A DNA stretch of 64,000 bases, taken from assembly GCA_963818135.1 (NCBI GenBank), contig CAWFRF010000032.1:38-64037 (forward strand). Reading direction: 5' to 3'. The notes under the pieces were generated by a model. The model did not search any database. It saw nothing but the letters and a program-made list of their open reading frames with translations, and was not told the origin of the DNA. Positions 1 through 11,928 of the stretch are shown here, piece by piece (the first letter of the stretch is position 1; each line of letters begins with the position of its first letter). A program made the translations under genes and the position numbers. This DNA comes from an uncultured Actinomycetota bacterium. Lineage in GTDB: Bacteria > Actinomycetota > Thermoleophilia > Solirubrobacterales > Solirubrobacteraceae.

Positions 1-29
1 CCACGGCGACATACTTTCGGGAAGTATGT

Positions 30-40
30 CGAAACTTTCG
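30..40. promoter_or_regulatory. BxlR-type (LacI family) operator CGAAACTTTCG
   Basis: Palindrome CGAAA-C-TTTCG 18 nt before the binding-protein ATG; fits the CGAA-Nx-TTCG boxes of Streptomyces xylan genes; next to a 10-bp inverted repeat at 7-31. Confidence 0.6.
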
Positions 41-58
41 GAGAGGGAGAGGTTCTAC

Positions 59-1451
59 ATGGTGAAGTCCCGTAAATGGTTGCGGCGTGGTGCCGCGACC
101 ACTGCTGTCGCGGTGACGGCCGGCGCGGCCATCGCCGTCGGTGCCGGCGCGAGCAGCGCCAAGACGGCGTCAGCTGCGTCCAGCCGCCCGGCAGGCAAGA
201 TCACCGTGCTGGTCTACGGCGACTCGCAGAACAGCGCCGAGCAGTACGCGGTGGCCACGTACAACAAGACGCCCGAGGGTCACAAGGTCAAGGCTGTCCT
301 GAGCACGATTCCGGGCGCCAACTACCAGACCAAGCTGCAGACGATCATGAGCACGAGCAGTGCTCCTGACGTCTTCTTCAACTGGGGCGGCGGCTCGATC
401 GCGCAGTTCCAGAAGGCTGGTCTGCTGATGCCGCTGAACAGCTTCTTCCAGTCCAACCCGAAGCTGAAGTCGAGCTTCCTGCCGTCGATCCTCGGCGCGG
501 CCAAGATCGGTGGCAATTACTACGGCATCCCGATGCGTGGCACGCAGCCGGTGATGCTCTTCTACAACAAGTCCGTCCTCAGCCAGGCTGGCCTCTCTGC
601 TCCGAAGACCTGGAGCGAGCTCGTCAACGACGTCAAGACGCTGAAGGCCAAGGGCGTCCAGACCCCGATCGCGCTCGGTGGCAAGAGCCAGTGGCCGACG
701 CTGATGTGGTTCGAGTATCTGTATGACCGCGTTGCCGGCCCGAGCCTCGTCACAGACGCACTCGCCGGTCAGAAGGCCGTCTGGAACACGGCCGCCAGCA
801 AGAAGGCGCTGAGCGACATCGCGCAGCTCGTCAACGCTGGCGCCTTCGGCCAGTCGAAGAGCTGGGACTCGGTGAACTTCGGCAGCGAGCCGTCGAGCGC
901 CGACCTCGTGGTCAACGGCATTTCGGCCTTCGAGCTGATGGGCTCGTGGGACTACTCGACGATCCAGGGCGATGGTTCAACCGCGACCGGCACTGCTCCG
1001 GCCAACGGTCCGGGCGCCGCGTTCGTGGCAGCTGGCAAGCTCGGATACACGGCGTTCCCGTCGGTCCCGGGCGGCAAGGGCAACCTCGCCGACCTGGCCG
1101 GCAACACCGAGAACTACTACTCGGTGCTGGCGAAGACCCGGTACCCGGAGGCCGTCGCTGACTTCCTGAAGGTCATGTACACCCCGGGCTTCGTCAAGAA
1201 GGAACTGGCGCTCGGCAACCTGACCACCACGAAGAACACGCCGAGCCTGATCAGCGGTGCGACGGCTCCGTACCTGAAGTGGCAGTACCAGCTGGTCAAC
1301 AAGGCCCCGGCCTTCCAGCTGTCGTGGGATCAGGCCTATCCGCAGACGGACTCGAACTCGATCCACACTGCGGTGGCCAACTTCTTCGACAACTCTCAAC
1401 CAGTCGCAGTTCATCAGCGCGATGCAGAAACTCCAGCCTGCTAGCAAGTAG
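59..1451 (+). CDS. bxlE: Sugar ABC transporter solute-binding protein (BxlE-like); frameshift near the 3' end
   Basis: SBP family 1 motifs (APDVFFNWGGG, PKTWSEL, PIALGG, LSWDQA); GGAGAGG RBS; alternative frame ends ..QFISAMQKLQPASK*. Confidence 0.8.
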
Positions 1452-1472
1452 GTTCGAGGAAGTCGAAACAAC

Positions 1473-2429
1473 ATGACCATGCTCACGGAAGAACGTGGGC
1501 TGGCCAAGAGCATGAGCTCGGGCGGCGGCGACGTGAATGTCGTGAAGGTCGGCCGCCCGAGCTTCCTCTGGGCGCTGCCTGCCGTCACCTACTTCGCGCT
1601 GTTTGCGCTGCTCCCGCTGGGTGTGGTGGTGTGGCTGTCCTTCACCAAGTGGAACGGCATCGGCTCGCCACATTGGATCGGCACCGGCAACTGGAAGTCC
1701 GTGTTCCACGACCAGGTACTGATCCAGAGCATCAAGATCACGGCGATCCTGACCGTCCTCGGAGTTCTCACGCAGACACCCGTGAGCCTGCTCCTCGGGG
1801 TCTGGGCAGCCGGATACCAGAAGAACCGCGCGGTCCTGTCGGCGCTCTACTTCATTCCGCTGCTGATGTCGGCGGCCGCCGTCTCGATCGTCTGGTTCTC
1901 ACTGCTCAACCCGTACTTCGGCCTGCCGCATGAGCTGCATTTCATCTTCGGTGGCGCGCTGTTCAACCACGGCTACCTGTTCAGCAGTCAGGCGGCGGCG
2001 ATCGGAGTGCTGACGTTCGTCGGGATGTGGCAGTGGACTCCGTTCCACACGCTCATCTATCAGGGTGGCGCACGGGCGATCCCCGAGGTCCTGTACCAGG
2101 CGGCCGCGATCGACGGTGCTGGGCGCGTCCGGCAGTTCTTCCACATCACCCTGCCGCAACTGCGCAACACGATGATCACCTCGATCGTGCTGATGGTCGT
2201 CGGCGGTCTCACGACCTTCGACTCGATCCTGATCCTGACCCAGGGTGGTCCGGGCACGGCGACGACGTCGACCTCGTACTACATGTACGTACAGGGGTTC
2301 TCGGACTTCAACTTCGGGCCGGCGAGCGTGATCGCCGTGCTGCTGATCGTCGTGACGACGCTGATCTCGATCGTCCTGGTGCGCGCGACCGGGTGGGACA
2401 AGATGCGCAGCACCCAGGAGGGGTTGTGA
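1473..2429 (+). CDS. bxlF: Carbohydrate ABC permease (BxlF-like)
   Basis: Multi-TM protein; EAA loop YQAAAIDGAG. Confidence 0.85.
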   Translation: MTMLTEERGLAKSMSSGGGDVNVVKVGRPSFLWALPAVTYFALFALLPLGVVVWLSFTKWNGIGSPHWIGTGNWKSVFHDQVLIQSIKITAILTVLGVLTQTPVSLLLGVWAAGYQKNRAVLSALYFIPLLMSAAAVSIVWFSLLNPYFGLPHELHFIFGGALFNHGYLFSSQAAAIGVLTFVGMWQWTPFHTLIYQGGARAIPEVLYQAAAIDGAGRVRQFFHITLPQLRNTMITSIVLMVVGGLTTFDSILILTQGGPGTATTSTSYYMYVQGFSDFNFGPASVIAVLLIVVTTLISIVLVRATGWDKMRSTQEGL

Positions 2430-3307
2430 CCGCTCTCAGGCAGCGTCCCAACTGGGTCGCCGGGAAGCAGAGCCCCAACTGGGTCGCCGGGAGGCACCGT
2501 CCCAACTGGGTCGCCGGAGTGTTCAGCGTCCTGTGGCTGTTGATCGTCATCGCGCCCGTCTACGTGCTCGTGAAGGCGGCTTTCCAGTCCCAGGCGGCGT
2601 ACTCCGCGCACGGGCCGCTGTCAGCGCCGACGGGCATGACGCTCGACAACTTCTCACTCGTCTTCCACAGCGGGTTCCTGCGCTTCTTCCTGAACACGGC
2701 GATCATCACCTTCGCGGTGGTCGCGATCGTGCTGGTGGTCGTGCCGCCGGCGGCCTACGCGGTCGTGCGCAACCGCAGCCGCACGGTGAGCATCGTCTTC
2801 CGGGTGTTCCTACTCGGCCTCGCGGTGCCGATCTCGGCCGTGATCGTGCCGACCTTCTACATCATGGAGAAGGTCCACCTGTACGACACGCTGCTGGCGG
2901 TGATCCTGCCGGCAGCGGCGTTCTCGGTGCCGCTCTCGACCATCATCCTGATCGGGTCGATGCGTGACATCACGACGGACCTGTTCGAGGCGATGGCGCT
3001 GGACGGCGCGTCGTCCTGGCGCACGTTCCGCAACCTGGTGCTCCCGCTCTCCGGCGGCGGGATCGCAACGATCCTGGTCTTCTCGGCGCTGAACGCCTGG
3101 AACGGGTTCCTGTTCCCGCTGATCCTGACCCAGTCGACCAGCTCCCGCGTGTTCACGCTCGGCCTGTTCGACTTCTCGTCCACGAGCGGAATCGACGCGC
3201 CCGCTGTGTGCGCGGCCGTCGTGCTCTCGATCATCCCGATCCTGCTCGTCTATCTGTTCGCCCGTCGCTGGCTGATTCGCGGCCTGATGGGCGCGGGAGG
3301 TAAGTAA
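2426..3307 (+). CDS. bxlG: Carbohydrate ABC permease (BxlG-like)
   Basis: GTG start overlaps the upstream TGA; EAA loop FEAMALDGAS; C-terminal GLMGAGGK. Confidence 0.85.
   Translation: MTALRQRPNWVAGKQSPNWVAGRHRPNWVAGVFSVLWLLIVIAPVYVLVKAAFQSQAAYSAHGPLSAPTGMTLDNFSLVFHSGFLRFFLNTAIITFAVVAIVLVVVPPAAYAVVRNRSRTVSIVFRVFLLGLAVPISAVIVPTFYIMEKVHLYDTLLAVILPAAAFSVPLSTIILIGSMRDITTDLFEAMALDGASSWRTFRNLVLPLSGGGIATILVFSALNAWNGFLFPLILTQSTSSRVFTLGLFDFSSTSGIDAPAVCAAVVLSIIPILLVYLFARRWLIRGLMGAGGK
2447..2517 (+). repeat. 3x 27-nt in-frame tandem repeat (PNWVAG core)
   Basis: CCCAACTGGGTCGCCGG at 2447, 2474 and 2501. Confidence 0.9.
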
Positions 3308-5680
3308 TGGCGATCGACCCAGCGTCCAGCAGGCCGCGTGGCACGACACCGACGCTCGACGCCCGATCAGCGCGTCGACGCGCTGATCGCCGCGATGACG
3401 CTGCGCGAGAAGCTCGCGCAGCTCTACGCCGTCTGGGTCGGGGTCTCGCCGGCGGGCGGGGATGACGTCGCGCCCTTTCAGCACGAGCTGACCGACGGCG
3501 TCGACTTCGACGCGGTGATCCAGAACGGCCTCGGCCAGCTGACGCGCCCGTTCGGTTCGGCGCCGGTCGATCCGGCTGTCGGCGTGCTGTCGCTGGCGCG
3601 CACGCAGCGCCGGATCGTCGCAGGCCAGCCGCCTTGGGTATCCCCGCGCTCGCGCACGAGGAGTGCCTGGCCGGCTTCACCGCCTGGGGCGCGACCGCCT
3701 ACCCGGTGCCGCTCTCCTGGGGCGCCAGCTTCAACCCCGAGCTGATCGAGGAGATGGCCGAAGCGGATCGGCGCGAGCATGCGCTCGGTCGGCGTGCACC
3801 AGGGCCTGGCCCCGGTGCTCGACGTCACCCGCGACCCGCGCTGGGGCCGCACCGAGGAGACGATCGGCGAGGACCCGTACCTGGTCGGCACGATCGCCTG
3901 CGCCTACATCCGCGGGCTCGAGGGCGCCGGCATCATCGCCACGCTCAAGCACTTCATCGGCTACTCGGCCTCACGGGCCGCGCGCAACCTCGCGCCCGTC
4001 TCGATGGGCCCGCGCGAGTTCGCCGACGTGATGGCGCTGCCGTTCGAGATGGCGATCCGCGAATCGGGCGCCCGCTGCGTGATGAGCGCCTACACCGACG
4101 TCGACGGCGTGCCCGCCGCCGCCAACCGCGAGCTGCTCACCGGGCCTGCTGCGCGACACCTGGGGCTTCACGGGCACGGTCGTCGCCGACTACTTCGGCG
4201 TCACCTTCCTGCGCACCCTGCACCGGATCGCGGCCGACGCCGGCGGGGCTGCCGTCGCCGCGCTGAGCGCCGGGGTCGACATCGAGCTGCCGACCGTCAG
4301 CGCCTACAGCGAGCCGCTCGCCGCCGAGGTCGAGGCCGGCCGCGTCGATCCGGCAGCTGGTCGACATCGCGCTGCGGCGCGTGCTGCTGCAGAAGCTCGA
4401 ACTCGGGCTGCTCGACCCCGACTGGGATCCGCTGCCCGAGGGCTTCACCGAGAGCGACCTCGACGACGTCGAGTCGGTCCGCGGCCGGATCACGCTCGAC
4501 ACCGACGCCGACCGCGAGCTCGCCCGTCGCGTCGCCGAGCAGTCGGTCGTGCTGCTCAAGAACGACGGCACGCTGCCGCTGGCCGAGCCGCCGGCCGCGA
4601 TCCTCGTCGTCGGCCCGACCGCCGACGACAACATGACGCTGCTCGGCTGCTACTCGTTCCCCGGCCACGTCGGCGCGACGCACCCGGGCGTCCCGCTCGG
4701 GATCGAGATCCCGACCGTGCTCGAGGCCATCCGCGCGGAGTTCCCGGCGGCCGAGATCGGCCACCTGCGAGGGCGTCACGATCGACGGCGACGACGACTC
4801 GCGGCATCGCCGCGGCGGCGCAGGCCGCGGCCGAGGCGGATCTGGTGATCGCGCTGCTCGGCGACCGTGCCGGCCTGTTCGGCCGCGGCACCTCCGGCGA
4901 GGGCTGCGACGCCGCCGCGATGCGCCTCCCCGGGCGCCAGCAGGAGCTGCTCGAGGCGCTGCTCGACACGCGGACTCCGGTCATCGCCGTGCTGGTCGAG
5001 GGTCGCCCGTACTCGCTCGGGACTGCCCCGCAGCGGGCGGCCGCGATCGTCGCGTCGTTCTTCCCCGGCGAGGAGGGCGCGAGCGCGATCGCCGGCGTGC
5101 TCAGCGGCCGCGTCGAGCCCTCCGGACGCCTGCCGGTCAGCGTGCCGGCCACGCCCGACGGCCAGCCCTACACCTACCTCGGGGCCCCGCTCGCCCAGCG
5201 CAGCGGCACCTCGAACCTCGACCCGACGCCCTGCTACGCCTTCGGCCACGGGCTCTCCTACGCGACGATCGAGTGGAGCGAGCTCACCGTGCCGGTCGCG
5301 AGCGCCCCGACGGACGGGTCGCTGAGCGTCGGCCTCACGGTCCGAAACACCGGCCAGCGGGCCGGTGTTGAGGTGATCCAGTTGTACCTGCACGACCCGG
5401 TCGCATCCGTCGTGCGGCCGGTGAACAGGCTGATCGGCTACGCCCGCGTCCCGCTGGACGCGGGCGAGAGTGTGAGCGTCACCTTCGACGTTCCCGCCGA
5501 GATGAGCTCGTTCAGCGGCCGCGACGGGCGTAGGATCGTCGAACCCGGCACACTAGAGCTACGGCTCGGTGCCTCCAGTGCGGATATCCGCCTGGTCGCG
5601 GCGGTCGAGTTGACAGGGGAGCTTAGATTTGTGGACCACACGCGCAGGCTGCACTGCAGCGTGAAGGAGGAGAAGCCGGC

Positions 5681-5693
<13 letters not shown>
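3307..5693 (+). CDS. bxlA: GH3 beta-xylosidase (BxlA-like); several frameshifts
   Basis: Fragments contain [58 protein letters not shown] and an Fn3-like tail. Confidence 0.85.
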
Positions 5694-6814
<1,121 letters not shown>

Positions 6815-6821
6815 ATCTGCT

Positions 6822-7436
6822 CTACAGCTGCTCTAGGAGCGCCGCGATCTTGGCCGGGTCGTAGTCGGCCCTGAGGTGCTCGCGCGGCTGTAGCCAGGCC
6901 TCGGGGTCGGCGGTGCCGCCGTCGCTCGTGTAGACGTGCTCGTAGGCCTGCCTGCGTAGCGTGTCGAGGACGGTGTCGTTGTAGGCGCCGAAGGGGATCG
7001 CAACCGTGTGGATCTCGGTCCCGGTCAGCTCCTCGAGCAGCCTGCGGCCCTGGGTCACCTCATGCTCGAGCTTGTCGGGTTCAAGCGTGGTCCAGTCGTG
7101 GTGCTGGAGTCCGTGGTTGCCGATCGTCATCCCGGCTGCGACGAGTTCTTTGAGCTCCTGCTTGCTCATGAAGCCGGGCTCCCCGAGCCAGCTCGGCACG
7201 ATGAAGAAGGTCGCATGCAGCTTGTGCTCCTGGAGCAGTGGCAGCGCGACTTCCACGTCTGACCAGTTGCCGTCGTCGAAGCTCAGGCTGATGTCGTTGC
7301 GGCCGACGCAGGAGTGGATCGTCGCGATGAAGGTCTCCGGCGTCACCCAGAAGTCGCGCTCGTCGCGACCGAAGTCACGACCGATCGGCCTGCCGATCCC
7401 GTGGAAGTTGAGGTTGAGGATCTGGTCCTGCTGCAA
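6822..7436 (-). CDS. Polysaccharide deacetylase (NodB/CE4)
   Basis: SFDDG, ATFFI, IGNHGLQH, AIPFG motifs. Confidence 0.85.
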   Translation of the reverse strand: MQQDQILNLNFHGIGRPIGRDFGRDERDFWVTPETFIATIHSCVGRNDISLSFDDGNWSDVEVALPLLQEHKLHATFFIVPSWLGEPGFMSKQELKELVAAGMTIGNHGLQHHDWTTLEPDKLEHEVTQGRRLLEELTGTEIHTVAIPFGAYNDTVLDTLRRQAYEHVYTSDGGTADPEAWLQPREHLRADYDPAKIAALLEQL

Positions 7437-7465
7437 CGTGGGTTCAATTATGAGAGTGTTGCTGC

Positions 7466-8299
7466 GTGTCCGACGCAGACCTCGGTGACCGCTCTTCGGC
7501 CTTCAGTTCGGAGTCCGTGCCGGACGCGTACGAGCGTTACCTCGCTCCGACCTTATTCGAGCCATGGGCCGAACTCCTGCTCGAGACCGCCGTGGTCGCT
7601 GCCGGTGCGCACGTGCTGGACGTCGCCAGCGGCACCGGCGTTGTCGCGCGGGCTGCCGCTCGCCGGGCCGGCCCGGACGGGGTCGTCGTGGCCAGCGACG
7701 TCAGCAAGGCGATGCTCACGCGCTCAGCCGCGCATGGCGCTCTCGACAACGCCGCGACGATCGGCTTCCGGGAGGCGCCGGCGGACGCACTGCCGTTTGA
7801 GTCCGGCTCCTTCGACGTGGTGCTCTGCCAGCAGGGGCTTCAGTTCTTCCCGGCGCAGCAGGCGGCCGTTGATGAGATGCGGCGCGTCGTCCGCTCAGAC
7901 GGCGTCGTCGGGGTTTCGGTGTGGGCCCGCGGGCACCCGCTTGTGCCCTTCGGCGTCTACTTCGAGGAGCTGCTGGCGATCGGGGCGGGGTCGCCGTTCC
8001 CGCGGGCCTTCGAGCCCGACAGCTACACGATGAGCGTCGACTCGGTTCGCTCGCTGTTCGAGGCCGGCGGCTTCTCGGAGGTCGACGCACGCGTCGTCGA
8101 GCTCGAGGTCAGCTGGCCGGATTCCGCGTCGGTGGCGGCGGGGGTCATGGGCACCCCGTTCGGGCCGGTGCTGCAGGAGATGGCCGACGATCAGCGCCGG
8201 CGCCTGCAGGCCGCGCTGATGGACCGCTTCCAGTCAGACGCGCCGGGTGGACCGGTGCGCCGGCAGACGGCCGCGGTGGTCGTGCGCGCGGTCGCCTGA
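7466..8299 (+). CDS. Class I SAM-dependent methyltransferase
   Basis: VLDVASGTG; LPFESGSFDVVLCQQGLQFF. Confidence 0.9.
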   Translation: MSDADLGDRSSAFSSESVPDAYERYLAPTLFEPWAELLLETAVVAAGAHVLDVASGTGVVARAAARRAGPDGVVVASDVSKAMLTRSAAHGALDNAATIGFREAPADALPFESGSFDVVLCQQGLQFFPAQQAAVDEMRRVVRSDGVVGVSVWARGHPLVPFGVYFEELLAIGAGSPFPRAFEPDSYTMSVDSVRSLFEAGGFSEVDARVVELEVSWPDSASVAAGVMGTPFGPVLQEMADDQRRRLQAALMDRFQSDAPGGPVRRQTAAVVVRAVA

Positions 8300-8336
8300 G
8301 CCGGGCTGTGGGGCGGCTCGGCCGCCGTGTGTGCGG

Positions 8337-8943
8337 CTAGGCGATCCCGAGCTCGGCGAACGCACGGGAGTAGATCTCACGGATCACGTCGCGCTTGCGC
8401 TCGTTGTAATCGACGACGTCCCCGCGTGAGATCCGCGTGCGATGGGCGGCTTGGTGCTTCACGCGGACGTACAGTTCGCGATCTCCTTCGTTCTCGCGCA
8501 GCCAGTCCCTGAAGATCAGGTGGCGCGCCGGCTCGGGGCAGTTCGGCGACCAGACGTGCAGGTTGCACCGCGGGTCGTCGTGGCGCAGCAGCCGGTGCCC
8601 GTACCACCAGGGTTCGCGGATCACGAGCTCGAAGCCGTACTTCTCCAGCGCCGGCACGTACGCCTCCTCATCAGCTCCGTCGGCGACGGTGAGGTCGATG
8701 TCGATGACCGGCTTGGCCTTGAGGCCGGGCACCGAGGTGGATCCGACGTGATCAAGCGCCAGAACCTGCGGCCCGAGCGCAGCGTTGACCTCGGCAGCGA
8801 GCTCGCTGTAGGCCGCCGGCCACGACGGGTCGTAGGGGACGATCGCGATGTTGGTCGTCGGCCCGAAGCCCGGCAGATACGGGGTCGCGCCGGGTGGCGC
8901 CAGGTCGTCGTTGAAGCTCGTGACGTCGGCGGGGAGGCTCATC
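8337..8943 (-). CDS. GrpB family nucleotidyltransferase-like protein
   Basis: HVGSTSVPGLKAKPVIDID, FRDWLR; start probably at MSLPAD. Confidence 0.85.
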
Positions 8944-9104
8944 GCCTTGGAGGGTTGCACACCAGGATTTGGAGGGTTGCACACCGAGGGTCAGTGCGTT
9001 CTTTGTCCCGTTCATATGTCTATGACCTATGCCAGGGACATAGAACGCGTTGATCGGGGGCGAGAGAGGATGGCGCCGTGGCGCGACCACCTAGACTCGC
9101 ATGG

Positions 9105-10895
9105 GTGTCAGCAGGTCCATCGCTCTATCGCCGTCACCGCCCGCGCACCTTCGCCGACGTGGTCGGCCAGGAGCATGTGGTGCGCACGCTCTCGCACGCC
9201 GTCGAGCGCGACCAGATCCACCATGCCTACCTGTTCGTGGGCTCGCGCGGGACCGGCAAGACCAGCATGGCCAAGATCCTCGCCTCCTGCCTCAACTGCG
9301 TGAACGGGCCGACGATCACGCCCTGCGGAGTCTGCGACTCGTGCGTCTCGATCGCCAACGCCACGTCGCTCGACGTGATCGAGATGGACGCCGCCTCAAA
9401 CAACTCGGTCGATGACATCCGCGACCTGCGCGAGAAGGTGGCCTACGCGCCCGTCTCCGGCCGCCACAAGGTCTACATCCTCGACGAGGCGCACATGCTC
9501 TCGACGCAGGCCTGGAACGCCTTCCTGAAGACGCTCGAGGAGCCGCCGCCACGCACGGTGTTCGTGCTCGCCACGACCGAGGCGCAGAAGGTGCTGCCGA
9601 CAGTCGTCGATCGCTGCCACCGCTTCGACTTTGGGCGGCCCACCGCCGAGCAGGTTGCGACCGTCGTTCGCCGTGTCGCGACCGCCGAGTCGATCGCGAT
9701 CGACGACGGGGCCACTGCGCTGATCGCCCGCCAGGCGACCGGCTCGTTCCGCGACGCGCTCGGGACGCTCGAGCAGCTCGTGACCTACGCCGGCGACGCC
9801 GCGATCACTCCCGATGACGTGCTGTCGGTGCTCGGCGTCGCCGACACCGAGCAGCTGTTTGCCTCCGTCGACGCGATCGTCGCCCGCGACCCCGCCGCCG
9901 CGCTTCGGGCGGCCGCCGCGCTGGCATCCACGGGACGCGATCCCGGTCAGGTGCTGCGCGACCTCGAGGTTCACGCCCGCGAGCTGCTGACAGTGCAGGT
10001 GCTGGGGGAGGTCCCGCCCGAGCTTCGGGTCACCGTCGAGCGCGACCAGCGCCTCGCCGGGCAGGCACAGACACTCGCCCAGACCGACGCCGTCCGCCTC
10101 CTGGAGCTCGTCTCGGCAGCGCTCGAAGCGACCACCAACGGCGCCCAGGCCTACATCCAGCTCGAGCTCGTTCTGATCAAGGCCGCCGCGCCCGAGATGG
10201 ACCCGTCGATGTCGGCGCTCCTCGCGCGGATTGAGAAGTTGGAGAGAGGTGGTGTGCGGCCGGCGGCGGTTCCGGCCCCGAGCCCTCCGCCCGCGCCCGC
10301 AGCCGCGCCCGCGCCCGCAGCCGCCCCCCGCCGCCGCCCGCGCCGGAGCCAGCCTGGGAACCCGAGCCTGAGCGCGAGTTCGAGACGCTTGAGAGTGAGC
10401 CCGCTGCCGCCTCGACCAAGCCGGCCTTAAGCGAAGTGCCCTCACCACGAGCCGCTGATCCGCTCGATAGTCCGGTGACGGGATCACCAACCAACGGTGA
10501 AGCAAACGGGGTCGGTGACCTGAGAGCGCATGTGGCCGGCTGTGATCGAGCTGGTGCGAGGCGGTAACGCGATGCTCGGAGTTCTGCTGGAGTCCGCTCG
10601 GCCAACCTCAATGAGCGAGCGCGAGCTGGTGCTGAGCTTTCCCGCCGAGGCCGCCTTCTACAAGCGCAAGGCTGAGCAGGACGATTACCGCCGTACCACC
10701 GCCGAGGCCGTGCGTAACGTCACGGGTATGGCGCTGACGCTGCGCTACGAACTATCGGATGCACCGCCGGAGCTGGCGGAGGATGAGCCGCTGGCGGAGG
10801 TCACGCCGATGAGTGACGATGAGCTGGTTCAGAAGTTCGTGGAAGAGTTCGGAGCCGAAGAGATCTTGGAAGACGACCCAGAGGGGGAGAGCTGA
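9105..10895 (+). CDS. dnaX: DNA polymerase III gamma/tau; frameshifted in the Pro-rich linker
   Basis: LYRRHRPRTF, GSRGTGKTS, IEMDAASN, ILDEAHML; C-terminal domain in 10530-10895. Confidence 0.92.
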
Positions 10896-11269
10896 TGCCC
10901 CAGCCCGGCATGCCCAACATGCAGCAGATGATGAAGCAGGTCCAGAAGATGCAGGCCGACATGGCGAAGGCTCAGGAGGAGCTCAAGTCGGAGGTCGTCG
11001 AGGCAACGGTCGGCGGTGGGGCCGTGACCGTCGAGGTCACCGGCGAGCTCGTGTTCAAATCGATCAAGATCGCCCCGGAGGCGGTCGACCCGGACGATCC
11101 CGAGATGCTCGCGGACCTGGTGTTGGCCGCCGTCAACCAGGGCATTCAGGCCGCTCAGGATCTCCAGGCGCAGAAGCTGGGCGCCGCCACCGGTGGCCTC
11201 GCCGGCCCGGGTGGGCTGGGCGGTCTGGGGCTCCCCGGTCTTCTAGGATCAGACGCGGACGGTCGTTGA
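10895..11269 (+). CDS. ybaB: YbaB/EbfC nucleoid-associated protein
   Basis: MMKQVQKMQ..GGGAVTV..DLVLAAVN; dnaX-ybaB-recR synteny. Confidence 0.92.
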   Translation: MPQPGMPNMQQMMKQVQKMQADMAKAQEELKSEVVEATVGGGAVTVEVTGELVFKSIKIAPEAVDPDDPEMLADLVLAAVNQGIQAAQDLQAQKLGAATGGLAGPGGLGGLGLPGLLGSDADGR

Positions 11270-11871
11270 GCACCTACGCGCCGCCGCTTCAGCGGCTGAT
11301 CACCGAGCTCTCGAAGCTCCCCGGCGTTGGTGGCCGCACCGCTCAGCGGCTCGCCTTCCACGTGCTGCGCGCCAGCGAGGAGGACGCGTTTGCACTGGCC
11401 GACGCGATCCGTGAGGTCAAGCAGAGGATCGGCCTCTGCGAGATCTGTTTCAACCTCGCCGAGGGGCCCCGCTGCCGCATCTGCGAGGACGAGCGGCGCG
11501 AGGCGGACCTGATCTGTGTCGTCGAGGAGGCGGTCGACGTGATCTCGATCGAGCGCACCCACGAGTTTCGCGGCCGCTACCACGTGCTGGGCGGAGCGCT
11601 CTCACCGATCGACGGGATCGATCCCGAGGATCTGAAGATCGAGCAGCTCTATCAGCGCGTGCGCGATGGCGGCGTACGCGAGGTCGTGATCGCCACCAAT
11701 CCGACCACCACGGGCGAGGCGACCGCGCTGCACATCGCTGGCGGCATCCGTTCGATCGCGCCGGAGATGTCGATCACGCGGCTGGCCTCGGGCCTGCCCG
11801 TCGGTGCCGACCTCGAGTACGCGGACGAGCTCACGCTGGGTCGTGCCTTTTCAGGACGCCGCGCGCTCTGA
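11266..11871 (+). CDS. recR: Recombination mediator RecR
   Basis: LPGVGGRTAQRLA, C4 zinc finger, YHVLGGALSP, TOPRIM EYADELTL. Confidence 0.95.
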   Translation: MSTYAPPLQRLITELSKLPGVGGRTAQRLAFHVLRASEEDAFALADAIREVKQRIGLCEICFNLAEGPRCRICEDERREADLICVVEEAVDVISIERTHEFRGRYHVLGGALSPIDGIDPEDLKIEQLYQRVRDGGVREVVIATNPTTTGEATALHIAGGIRSIAPEMSITRLASGLPVGADLEYADELTLGRAFSGRRAL

Positions 11872-11928
11872 CGCTGCGGCGCGGCGCTTCGGGCCGCCGG
11901 AAAGCCCGACCACGTAACCTCAGCGGCG

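Noticed and set aside
8990-9100. SRP RNA (ffs), often found upstream of dnaX
   Set aside because: The conserved SRP domain IV motif was not found
10300-10530. Programmed frameshift in dnaX giving gamma and tau
   Set aside because: No A-rich slippery site; the breaks fall in GC runs and similar indels occur throughout the window
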